From contig DF237093.1 in the NCBI GenBank assembly GCA_000708835.1, positions 34,973 through 98,972 on the forward strand: DNA of 64,000 nt. The letters run 5' to 3'. The DNA is from Klebsormidium nitens. Lineage: Eukaryota > Plantae > Klebsormidiophyceae. Made by a program: the position numbers and the translations under genes. The notes beneath the pieces were generated by a model. The model was not told the DNA's origin and searched no databases. It saw only the letters and a program-made list of their open reading frames with translations. Shown here piece after piece: positions 45,415 through 57,837 of the stretch. How positions within the stretch are numbered: the first letter of the stretch is position 1; every line of letters begins with the position of its first letter.

Positions 45415-46793
45415 CCAGAGGTCATCGCAACTTGCTTGCGTTTGGAGTCACCATAGGCATTAGATTTCGAGTTGACTGTAGGCAGCCTGGACAGCGCTGG
45501 GCCGAAGTCTCTGTTGTTGTCTAAGGGATGTACTAGTAGGACAGAGTTTTGCTTTTTAAGACTGAGAGCTCGACCCGGCGTCAAACGTGTTGCATTGAGA
45601 GTAATTTCAAGTCGAACTGCCGTAGTGTCCATACAAGCCTTGTTCGGAAATTGACATGGACTGAAGGCGTTGCAATTGATGTGGACTGCACTAAAATTTG
45701 CTGCATAATTGATTCAGAGTTCAGCCAGATCTAATTGCTGTTCTTGCCGCCATGCGATCATGCTAACGTCGAGCAAGGAAGTACTTGAGCCTAGCCGCTG
45801 CAACCCGTGAGTAATCGTCGCGGCCATATATGAATTCGGTTCAACGGTTACCTTTGTGATACGAAGAAGCCGGTAATCGAACTTAATGATTTACATGAGC
45901 GATCTGGGATGGTCTGAGTCTAGAACGAATCGGACAGTAGTGTTGCGCATCACGATCATAGCCTGTATACCCCAGTCATGCACGACTTGCAAGCCTGATG
46001 ATTACTATAAACACAAAAAACGCTCCGTTCGCGCAAGCCGGCCCTCCATGTTGGCTCCAAGCAAGTCACATTCACGAGAGCAATCTGGCCCTTGCGCCAG
46101 ATCCTTCCCTCATCGCAGCTGCTTTTAGGTTACATCTGACACGGTTGTCCTGATCTGTTGCACGGGAGCGTTCAAGATGGACACTTATCATGTGGGTGAG
46201 TTGGCTGGTCGACAGCGGAGTCGATTCAGGCTCTGCTTTTCCAAAGTTTCTAGTGCCAAATTCCGGCTCCAGACGGAACGTTTGGAGATGCTTTGATGGC
46301 GGACGCAAGTGGGTCTTTGATGTACTTGGACGGGAAAAGAAATTTACCGATGACAACCTGCAATCAGCGAGAGGCTCGAATTGAGTCACATGAGAGTGAG
46401 CCTTTCAATACGAATTGCTTCACAGAAGGTCGGATGTCCAGTCAATTTCAGAGTCCACAGATATTGATCTTTATATTCAGGTGTTGCTTCGATCGAAGGA
46501 AAGTTCAAAGTTCATGTGCTGAGCACAAGATGTTCCGTGGACAGCGAAGTAACTCTTCATGTGCACTTCACGTTTTTGAGTTGCTGAGACTTGTTACTTC
46601 TAACAAGTTTCTGGTGGCTTTGCCGGGTCGATCTGGTCTCAGGTACTCCAATACTCGAGCCCACCACTTACTATAAGATTGCGACAAGAAACAAAAGTAA
46701 CGCGCAAATGAAAACGAAAACAGAGCACACCAGTAATCTTCCACAACAATGGAGAAGATTGTCTTATCTTCTCGTTGGGGGTTTCAAAGTCGA

Positions 46794-47903
46794 TTAGAGC
46801 GGCCTCAGAGACATAGCGTAGTGACGTACCCCGGGCAGCATCGGCTTGACGATCTGGATCATCCAATCTTGATTGGTGCTCACGATGGCCGCCACCTGGC
46901 CCTTCATGTCCTTCTTGACGCCTTTCAACCCAGGGTGCTCCTCCAGAAATGTTGGTTCAAAGATGAGCCACGTGTTCCGTGGAAGGTTACTCCTGCAAGT
47001 GCAACAGTGTCAATAACCAGGAAACGTACTACCATGAAAGCTTTTAGCAAACAGAGACCGCCGAGTGACGCGGAAGTGACAGTTGCAACTGGAGTCGACA
47101 TAGTTCAGGCCCTGCGGGACCTGCCTGGCCTGGTTAGACATGAAAAATACCAGACGGGCTGTTGCTTGTAGATACCCAAACGATGCGTTAAGTACTGTCA
47201 GAGCCCATGAAGGAAAACGGGGGCTCAGATTGAGCGTTCTGGACCCCCTACAATCTAGATCCCTGCTTGACGTCCGGCCGCTGGCACCTCTGCTGCACAA
47301 TTGTCACTAACATGGTCCGTTGAAACCCATGATACCCTTTCATGAGTTCGATTGGAAATCAGCGGACATCAATTGCTGTACGCTCAAAGGATCCTAGACT
47401 TTAGGGGGTTTTCCCAAGCTTGATTTGAGTCTCCGTTCTCCTTCCACGGATTTTGTCACATCTCCAGTACTTGCTCCAATGCAGATGCTCTCAGGTATCC
47501 GTCCAACAGGTTACGGGTGGGCCTTCAACATTCACGTGGCCTGGATACCCCAAGGTTGTGATGACAGTATTGTTGAAACTTGACAAAGAGACTCTGGGTG
47601 GGCTTACCTTTCTGCCCTTTCAACCGCGTCCCTCAGCACCGTCTCTAGCTGTGGCCCATGTAATCTGTGGAACATAAGATGTTCAGTCCGTGAGTTGTGT
47701 GGGCAAAGCCCTCTTGAGCTGAGTGAATTTGGGGCAAAAGGGCCTTTGGAGCCTCATGATCAATGAGTATTGCTACAGTACTTTGGCACCGCAAGCCTCC
47801 TGAAAGAACACACCTATGGGCTGCATTTGCTGCGTTGTTTCGAGAATAGTTCGATGTCCACTTACAGCATCTTGTTTGCTTCCGTCACTGCAAACCAGTA
47901 CTC
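46794..47903 (-). CDS. Divergent Ycf54-like protein (core exons 47903-47866, 47664-47608, 46992-46794); N-terminal/transit exons upstream not resolved
   Basis: Phase-consistent splicing gives EYWFAVTEANKMLLHGPQLETVLRDAVERAERSNLPRNTWLIFEPTFLEEHPGLKGVKKDMKGQVAAIVSTNQDWMIQIVKPMLPGV, collinear with the Ycf54 pattern YYF.....KFLL....LEEVLRER......N...DFWLV..P.FL.......AA..STN..WI..LKLRL..V. Confidence 0.7.
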
Positions 47904-50536
47904 CTGTACAACAAGGAAGTCGCTCAGCCAGTCCGTAAGTGTCCGAAGAAAACTCTATGTCCCCCTCTACCTTGATACAACGCAAAGAGTTTTTGTGGAT
48001 AAGTAGATACGCCAGTGACAGGGGACTTGAATGGGGGAAGCAAAAAGGAAGAAGAGGCCAGCAGTGCAGAGCAAAGGAAACTTCGAGAGACTGAGGAGCG
48101 GAAGTCTTTTCACCTTTGGCACTTCAGGCTTCAACTCCCAGGCTGGTGGCTCAACATTGGAGTCGCTAGAGGACGCTCGTATTCTCACATTTAAGTTCCT
48201 TCTACCTACTCCTGATGCCAATTGCATTGGGAACTGCTCACTGGAACCTAATCCTGGCACACGCATCTTCCGCATCCTCAGATGCTTCCCTGATCCTTGT
48301 GATGCGCCTAGAAAGTCTCTGACACATGCTGCACCATTCTGACAGCGTTGACTTGGGACGGAGGTATCGTCTATCATTTGCGGCCGCGCACATTGCCCTG
48401 GCATTGCGTCCAGGGTGCCGGACCTCAGTGCCCTTGCCGCAGACATGTTGAATTATCAGCGGCCTGAGATCTGAGCCTTGAGGGGACTTTGCCCCACGCT
48501 TTGAGGAACCTTGACGGGCCTTCCCAACTTTCGCCTCGTGATGCTGAACAGCTTTGATTTTCATTGCGTGAGCCTGAGCCTAAGCCTGAGGCTGAGCAGC
48601 AGACAGGATTCAAGAGCAGCAGCGTGACACGTCAGCTGAAGAGGACTGCCAACTCATGAAGTTTGACAAAGTAAACCAATCAAGGTTGAAGAATGTAGAC
48701 TAGCTTGCAGCGGTTGAAGCAGCAAGTTTTGATCCTGCCAAACTCAGCATCCTAGTTGCCAGCGTGCAATCAGCTTCTCAGCCACCAAAGCAATGCCAGA
48801 AGGAGAAAGCCAACAAAAAGCGAAGCTCAAGGTTGAATTCATCTGCAACTATTGTAGCGGTGCAGCACACCCTTGAGTATAATTCGCAGGGTAGACGGGG
48901 ACAGAAGCGCACAGGACCGCTGGTGCTGGAGGCGCCGTCCGGCAAGGGGGTCCACCCAGTGCAGGAGCCACAGGTGAGCTGCACATCGTCTGTCAGCACT
49001 CACCAGTTGATGTTGGAAGAACGATCATGGAGGAGAAATGATTGGTGCTGACAAAGATTTGGCTCCTGTGCGCCACCAGTGATCTGCGGATTCACTAAGT
49101 CCCGCCATGCAGGTCAGTCTTGAATGCCTTAGTTCCATGAGGGGACTAGAATTGCCAATTGAGGGACATGTTTTCTCTAACTTTGGATGGCCAGTGCTTC
49201 TATCACCCTTCCAAGGCTCATACAGAGTCATGATGCATTCCGCATAAGAGGACGAGTAATCTTTGGGGGAGCTTTGGGGACCTTGTGGCTTTTCATTAAT
49301 TGAGGCCAAGCAGGAGCAGACTGTCCAAAACTGGGACAACTCTTCTGGACAAGTCCTCAAGAGAACATGACATGAGCATCATTTCCAGAAGTGCCTGCTT
49401 CTGGAGGATTCGAGTAACTTTTGTCATCCTGTCTCTTACTGATCGCTTGCAATCCAAGCCTTCCCAAATTCCTTTTGCCAAAGCACATCATCACATAAAG
49501 TATGAGCCTGTATGCGCGGATGCTCTGCTAAGTACAACATCAAGGATTGCGGAGTTGTCTTGCTGGTGTCACACAGATCACTTGGGACTCTATGATTCAT
49601 TGAGGAAAGATACCTCAACTCTGGAATCCAAGCCACCAGACAGTTACTGATCAAGATCCGAAAGCTTGCAATTGACATATGCCTTGATCCATATTAATAT
49701 TGCACTGTTTTGCAACAGGTGCATGCGCACGTCGTTCAGCGCTGCTGAGCAATCTTCTGAAGACGGCCAGATCGACTTGCTGTTGGCTCACAAAAAAGCC
49801 AGCTAACTTCTTAGAAATCAATGGAAGCACCTTGAGCAACGCCAGTATATTAGCTGCAGGTACATGACTATACTCGGCTCTTGATCCGTCCAATCGTCCA
49901 CAAACCTGAAATCGATGGTGAAAGCTCATGCTCAAAGTGGCCTGGAGAGATAGAAATCGTTGCCTGCTCTTTCCATCAAAGAACAGCGTTGACAGAGTCG
50001 AGGTTGATGACTTGTAGAACCTTTGAATCTGCTCTGCCTAGAGGGGCCTTATCAACTCAAGTGACATTGTTCGGATGGCTAGATTCATTCAACATAGGCC
50101 TTGCCTTTTTCCCTTGGTTTGAGTCGCTTCTCAGACGCCTCCACACTTGCTACAGCAGTCAAGGTTTATCAGCTTGCATCCTGGCTTGACGCTCCTCTTT
50201 CAGCTAGAGCGTTTGGGGAGATATAATGAGCACGCTTGTTCCAAATTTTGCTAGGAGATTCCTCAAAAGCTGGCTCAGAATTGCATCCTTACAAAGGCGA
50301 TTGTCTTCAGAGAGACGCCTAATCACTAGTGGCATGTCCCTCAGACTGCTTCTTGATTGTTATTCTTGTGAAATTGACAAACACGTCTCCCTGTTCTTTT
50401 AGGCCCTGGATCGTCGGTGACCCCGTCCTGCTCTGCCGCCCTCCCTGCACTGAAGATGAACACCAAGCCTGAGACTGTGAACTAGCAGCCGAACACGGCG
50501 CTGCCAGCTGTGTGTACTTCACAAAGTCATTGGCAC

Positions 50537-53387
50537 ATGGAGAAGGATTGGGAAGAAGAGCAGGAGCCTGCCGCCGACACAGGCAGGTGCAATGGAGACA
50601 TCAGCGAAAGTCCTTCAGCCAGCGATGTCGACAGCGGGTCTGCAGTATATGCACTTGTTGCTGAGTCTGAGAGGCTCTGGAGGCTAGCTCGTAGGCCCCC
50701 GACAAGAAGCCACTTCCAAGGATTCCGCAACCAGTCAGAAGAGACTCAGACCGGCAGAGTTGAGGGAAAGCTTGGATCAGAGGCTGGGCTCCAGGAGCAG
50801 CTTTCGGCAGACGGCCTGAGGACTCTTGATTCTGGGGAGGATGTTGCGGCGAATGAGAAGGAGGGCCCAGGCGTTAAGAGACGGGAGTCGGTGGAGCGGA
50901 TGAAGCAAGACGGCGGATGGTTTGTGGAGGGGAGCGACGGTCCTGAAGGGTGCTGGATCAACAAAGAACTGATGAGCGGGCGTCCCAGTGGCAGCGGCAA
51001 CTATGATGCACCGGTGCCACCGTTGCCGTATTGGGGGAGCGAGCAGCACGTAAATAACTTAGTGGCAGCCACATACAAGTTCCTGAGACCTTCATCGAGG
51101 TGCGCCTTTTCGCTGCCTTTCAGGCCCCGCAGGATGCCTCCCTATGCGTGCGAAGTGACGCCGTTGCTTTGCTCTCGGATTCCTTTGCACCAAATCTCAT
51201 CCCAAGTTTGTACCCAGCCCTCATTCAACCACCTGGCCGCCGAGCTTTAGAAGGTCGTAGCAGTGGCGTGAAAGTCCAACAAAAAAACGTGCATCGCGAG
51301 ACACGACGAAAAGGCAAAGCCTCGTTCTGGAAAAGAGGAAGTCTTTGATGACTCATAAACAGCGGGTTCTGTGCTTGACCGGGTGCTTTTCTGGCATTCT
51401 TTTCAACACTCGTCGTTCTGTTCAGCGGCCCCATCATTAAACTGCAACGTAGAAGCTCGAAGTCGCTTGCTGTACGAAGATCGAAACAACCGTCTATCTT
51501 CAGAAAAAGACAGGCCTCCTGGCTTTCGTTGGCAAAGGAGACGAAATCGTAAGTTACGTCCTTTGAGAAACGCCCGCATAAAAAACCTTTGGATGTTGTA
51601 ATTTGGAACTCGTGTTACTGTCAACCTGTCCGGATCGTGGCTGACGATCGTAAAGTTCACCTGCTGCAGGACCCACAGCTGTTTGACCGAGTGATCTCAA
51701 AGTTGAGCACGCTCAGTTTCAGGAACGGTTGCGACCAGTAAGTTTTGGGAACACAATGTCTCCTCTTACTAAATCTGAGGGATCATGATGGCATTAATAT
51801 AACCTGATTGAATGACTGCTTTGCCGATCAGCAGACAGCAAAGGGTTTACATGGCTAGATTTTGAGCATATGCGCAACTTGATCCCCGGGACTGTGAACG
51901 AAGTGGTCTGTCCCTAAAATTCCACTTATTGGCTTGCTTACTCTAGCTTCTTTCACTAAGACGTATTCTGACTCTGACTCGCGACTGTTTCATGGCTGCA
52001 AAATTAGTTGCCTCTTCCGGTCTGAAAAAAGCTCCCCTGATTGGGCCTACGGACCTTTAAGAACCAAGATACGAATCTTCTCTTTCTCGTGCACCTTTTG
52101 ACACTTGCAATAGCGGCTGTCCAGACCGTGTCCTGTCAAATGAAGGAGGCAGTCTGTCAGTCGTACACGCGTCCACTTCTCCACCCCTCCGTGTCCCCCG
52201 CAGGCTGCCGTTACGGACTCCATTGGAAGAGCGGATGGCTCTGTCAGACGCCAAGGACGCGTGGAACGGGGTGTTGCAGAATGTTGGGCACATGGTCGCT
52301 CTGGGCTGCCCCTCCGCCTTCAAGGCCCTCTTCCAAGAGTTAACGGACACTTGGCCGGCGCTCGGCGTCTCCACGAGCTGGACGGCCGTAATGCCGGAGG
52401 CAGCCATCGACATGTACCAACAAGGGGACTTCATGTTCGAGTACGAATACAGTAAGGACGGGGTCGAGTTCGTTGCTGACACAGTCTACGATGTGGTCAA
52501 GCGGTGCTGTGAGTTGTGGTAAGCCTAGCGCCGCGGAGAGCTGCTGTTGATCTCGCTGGAGTCTGCTTTTCTTTGGAAGACTTTCGCTCCTGGATTTTGT
52601 ACTTCGCTCGCTGAAGACGTCAAATACTGGTTTTCTCCTTTACGTCCGGTTGGAGGTGTCTCTTTGTTGCAGGATGCTTTCGATCCTGCTCTTCGTTCAA
52701 GTGGTTGGTTTCGACTTGTACATTCTTTCCTCGTCTGGAAATACTTTATATGCATCGAACAATCCTTTCACATCCTATCAGATCACTCTTCACGAATCAG
52801 GGGTTCACCAAGTCGACTGTCTTGTCCATAACGGCAAAACTCTGTAGAGGATCTCGGCAGATCGCAAGGTCTACTGTCAGGACCACACAAGACCGCTTTC
52901 TCCCAGCGTCACAAGCAATCTGGACATCAAAGGCACCTTTTCTCTGATTGAATTGACAGGACATTGAATCTCGGACGGCAATCGCTTACTTCATTTTTCT
53001 CGTTGAATAGGCGTCTTTCTCAACGTGGAGAACTTCGTATTTGATACGGGCTAAAACACGGAGCGCTTAGGAAGGCTGTTCGTCTGTTGCAGTGAACTCA
53101 TGCCGTGTCACGAGGGCCTGCGGCTCATCAAACTTGGACAGCTCAGGCAAGACGACTATCTTCTCCGCCAATTCGGCCCCGAGTTGGCAGTTCTGATTAC
53201 GGACATTCAGCCCCGGATCACCAGAGACATGTGCGGAGCGCACAACTTCGACAGCAGCGAGGCGTTACGAGACAACATCGCGAAGCTGCGCCAGTGCATC
53301 GCCCAGGGCCGCCTTCATGAGCTGGTGCAGGAGCTGAGAGGAGAACGGTTAGCGGACGACAGCTTTGAGTTACGACACTGGGATTGA
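50537..53387 (+). CDS. Hypothetical multi-exon protein, family not recognised; true start may lie further upstream (~49.4-50.5 kb)
   Basis: Codon-like, splice-bounded exons ~50537-51099 (acidic N-region...PPLPYWGSEQHVNNLVAATYKFLRPSS), ~51670-51737, ~52204-52518 and ~53092-53387 ending RHWD*. Confidence 0.65.
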
Positions 53388-54456
53388 CAGACCGACAAAG
53401 CCACGGATATTGGTGCGATACCGACAGGAAAGGTAGTAATTCTGACCGCATGTGAGATCCGCAATTGGACGATTTAGGGGGATTAGGATGAGCAAACATG
53501 ATCACGAACATAGAGTTGCAAGCGGTTTCCTTTGAGTTTTGGTGTAGTGACCATCTAAGCAAACGTGATAGGAAAGAAGGACGCCGCTCATAGCCTTCGA
53601 GGAACCGGGAAGAGCAGAGACCGGGAGAGATCAAAGAGATGGCTCAGATTCATTGACTTTCGTGATTGTATGTTCAACGCAAGGCCGTCATGGAAGTGGA
53701 TCAATAGCCGTGTTAAATGCCAAGAAGCATCTGACAATCAACAATCATTGGAGCTGACGAGCTAGGGAGATAGGATCTATTTCTGGAGCTAGCATTATGA
53801 CTTTCTGATCGATCTTTTCGGAATTTCTGAACGCTTCTTAAGATGTATAGCTCAATATGAAGTGATTGCCGCCAGCTTATAGGTGATCTTCGAGGTTCCT
53901 GATCATCAGTTTATGAATACTGCTTTATATCCGGTGGCATCGTGCGATCAATGAGTGGTAGCCAAATTGCATTATGCCGCGAGCGCGACTGCATGCTGCA
54001 GTGACAAGGCATATGCGCCGATCATTGTTCCAGAATTCCATGTTGCACCCAACGCCAACCATATGTACGTACGCTTCCACGCAAGATTCGATAGTTCGTT
54101 GTCCTTAGTAAGCCTAATTCCACATGCATCAGCATGCGCTGCTGCTTGCAGTTGCGGCCCTCTGCAGGTAGAGCACCGCGCTTTGAAAAGAGCGTACTCA
54201 TTTGGGCCAGCGCGGCTTATCCGGCACGAACGAGATATAAGTGCCAGGCCGGATGAGTGGTCGGGCGCATCCGGCGCCCCCTGCGCGTTTTGGGCGGTCC
54301 GCGGTTAAGGACGACATGTTATCTTGCCTCACTCTTGTAAAGCACTTCAAGGGTCTTTTTAGTAGCTGCTGATCCTCTTCAAAGTCGACTTCCTTAACAT
54401 TCTGTTACGAACCACGAACACGACAGAGATCCGCCGCTTTAAGAAGCACAGGCTTA

Positions 54457-56511
54457 CTACAGGGCAGGCCTTTTGCTTCCACACTCGCCGCAGAATTTGG
54501 AGGTCTCCTTTGGAAACGCGGCACCGCACTCGTCGCAAAATTTCGAAGCGTTTCCGTTGCTCGTCGTCCCGTTCTTCTTCGTACCTTCACCGGCCAGCTC
54601 TATCAACTCGCTTTTCTGCTCAGCAGCGGGAAGATTCCTCCCAACGGCAGCCATATTGAGGTTGTCATCCCGCCCGCTTGAGCCCCCCACAGCTTTCTGC
54701 TTTGTGCCCAAACCTTCAGACGACGCCCTCAAAGCACCGTCAACTTTTCCCGCCACCTTCATTCCCCCATTCGCCGAAGCCCTCAAACCCTCCGCCCCAA
54801 CCCGGCCGCCCTTCGCGCCGCCGATTTTGGGCGACGTGCTTTCCTCGGGGGACGCTTCCCTGGCACCCGGCGCCACGTGTTTTGTCCCGGAGATTGCACC
54901 CGGGGAGAGGTTGTTCGAGAGCGACGCGGCCGTGAGCGCTGTCCCGGCCGGCTTAGCGGGTTTCTCGGCGGTGCAGCTGCGGTTGTGGATCTTGAGCGCC
55001 TCCGGCTTGAAGCGCCGCCCGCAGTACGCGCAACTTTCCAGGACCTCCTTCTCCCAGTGCTCGTACATGCTGCGAAGGGAAAAGAAGCTTCACACTGCAG
55101 TGCCTCAGGTGCAGAGTGAGAGAAAGGGATTCAAAGCTGCCAAATACTTTTGATCACAGCGTAGTGCAAGAGTCTCTTGTGGATTCCTCAAAATGCGATC
55201 ATTGGCTTGGTGGGCGAAGGGCACTTTGGCGAGCGTGCAAGTCAAATGTTTTCGTGGCTTTCGATAACCCCTATGGAAAAGCAGTCGGATTCCCAAGGAG
55301 AGTGATTAAGGAAAGTGACTTTTTCAGGACCATCCGCATGCTGCAGTAGGTTGATTGATTAGACGAATAGACGTTTGTAAAAGTGCTCGTCCACCGACGG
55401 GGATTGCCAGGTTCTGACCCCGTCGTTTCAAACAACGAGCGAATAGGCGAAGTTTTCCCGATAGATTTTCACCGGACGTGAGCCGCAAAGCGCCAATTAG
55501 AAGCCCATGTTTCCAAAGAGATGCAGTTAAAAAGGGAACGTGCGTCCTTACGCTTCGTTGAAAGCGTCGATTTCTTTTGGCGAAGCCGGCCCGTTGAGGA
55601 TGGGCAGCTCTTTAGGCGGTTGCGGCAGCGGCCGGCGCTCCTTTTTTGGCTTCTTGTTCTCTTCGTTGAGCCACTTCTCCTGTTGTCAGTCAAAGAGGGC
55701 AGGATTCGCGAGGCATTTCGACGGTGCAAAACAAGATGGGGGCCAAATGAATGTGAGTGCTGCCACAGATAAGTGAGCGGTGACGATCAATTCGACAAAC
55801 AGGTTTGCCTTCAGAATATCAGGAGGGTCGAGTGGCCGTGAAGACTATCGTGTTGTATGTATATGGAATGCTCGCCCTTGCAAAGCGGCGCTTGATCTAG
55901 TGTGTCGTTGTATAAGGAGAGCTCCTTGAGCTAGCATGACAACTTTGACATCTCAGGAGGAATGAAATCAACAAAGTTTCTTTGAGTAATTTCACACTTC
56001 TGAGGTTCTTTCGAAGTTCGTCGGGTGCAAACTCTGGACTTACCTGGCATTGGGGCATGTGGATCGGCAGGCTGCAAAGAGGACGTACTTTCAATTCGAA
56101 TAATGACTGAAGGAGCATCTCTGGGCACTCATCTATCTGTTGGGAACATTCATACAAAAGATAGTGAGGCTGAGCCTGTTGCAAAGCTTTTCAAGTGCTA
56201 CCGGTGTGCACAGTCTCACGTGGGAGCTCACACGCAATTCAAATCTCTCAGATTTGGACTTGTTGCACTAACAATGCAGATCAAATCGATAACGCTGGAT
56301 CCGTGTGCCCTGCTGCGTGGCATCAGCTTTGAACACGGCTGTGCATATGCTCCAGCGCCCTCACCAACTTTGAGCAGATGGACAAATGACGCCAGCATCG
56401 ATCCATTTTTTGATGACCTGCTCACCTCTTCGTTCCAAATTCTCTGCCGCATAGGTAGCACGTCAACATGCGGGGCCGAGCAGCCGGGTTGCTGGCAACA
56501 GCGATATCCAT
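54457..56511 (-). CDS. ZNF474/ZC2HC1-like C2HC zinc-finger protein with C-terminal double zinc ribbon
   Basis: MDIAVASNPAARPRMLTCYLCGREFGTK|SLPIHMPQCQ|EKWLNEENKKPKKERRPLPQPP...EIDAFNEA|AMYEHWEKEVLESCAYCGRRFKPEALKIHNRSC; C-terminus KFCDECG...KFCGECGSKR. Confidence 0.8.
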
Positions 56512-57837
56512 GGTTTTTATATTGAGGCGGAAATGACTATTTTTTATCAAATAAGGGCCCAGATGCTCAGTATATCGGGACACCGAGATCTTGGTACTGT
56601 GACACACTATTGGCCTGTTAGTGAGTGGTTTACTGTCGGGCTCGGATGATTGGGGGCCGTTGAGCGGTTCAAGACTCCTGAGCCCCTGGCTCCTGAGGTC
56701 CTGACCCAGCGACCGCACCGTCACCTAGCTCTCTAGCTTCACTTTTGGACAGATTGGCAAAGACAAGATAGAAGTTTGTCCGTGGTGTTTTTGGGCACTG
56801 ACAAGAAGGTGTTCGCAAAGACGTCTGCTGGGCATTGGCGATTGAGGGAGGTAAGTGATGCAAAGGAGTTTTACTAACTGGCAGTGGGTCGGACTGGACC
56901 GTCCTGCTGGGCCTATCGGAATCAGACGGCCCTTCCTTACGTACCTAGTATGTCAGGATCATCAGAGCCAAGCGGAACGGACATCACAGAATCTCCTTGC
57001 TAAGTTGCTTAGCAGACATTTGATCCGACGGCAAGATTCGACGGGGATTCGACACTGTCGACAGGACATCCGATGACCAGATTGGCAGGATTTGGGTTTC
57101 CCTGAGCAGGCCCGACAACGAGCCGTCATTAGGGCGTCATTAATGAGTTTAAGCTCTCTCGCAAGCGCTCTACCTATTCTTGCTTAGCCAATCGTATGCG
57201 CAGACAGCCTGGACAGCAGGTTCTTAATCCGGCCCGTTCTTGATGCGTCAGTGTGTGCAAACATTGAAATCTGCGTCATACAATAAGTAGGTATATTGAA
57301 TGCTGGTCGGCGTCAACCAGTTGGAAAATCCACCGGACCGTCGTGTTATGGCAGTCTGACTCTAAGGATCAGCACGAGAAGATCGGAGGAGATCAGAAAA
57401 GCAGAGAGAGGCATCTGACTGGGAGTTTGTACTCTTTCATGCAATGATGGGTCTTGGCCTTTACCGGACGCCGTCCAGGATAAGTTTGCGCGCGTAGGAA
57501 ACTGGAAGTTGTTCAAAGCCGTCGATTGAAGCCATCGACGGTTATGAAAGTCATGGTAACGGTGGTGACTCGACAATGGTTAACAAGGATCTGTGCCTCA
57601 TCAACTAGGTGCGGTGAGTGCAGACTTTCAGAACAGCTCACCAGCCAGCTCTGACTCTGAGTCTGCCATGGCATCCACTCTTAGCCTATTTTCCAATTTT
57701 TGGCACATTGCCCTTAAAAAGTTCAAGCTGAGTCCATTGAAGGCGCAGGTCTGATCGTCTGAGGCGCCAATTGCAGGTCCTCCGATCTTGTTCTTCCTCC
57801 AGAGACAAGCATTTGGGACAAGTTTGCCTTTGTAGCT

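Noticed and set aside
47146-47190. Extra Ycf54-like exon (YLTHRLGIYKQQPVW)
   Set aside because: Exon 47664-47608 splices in phase directly to 46992 and gives canonical spacing without it.
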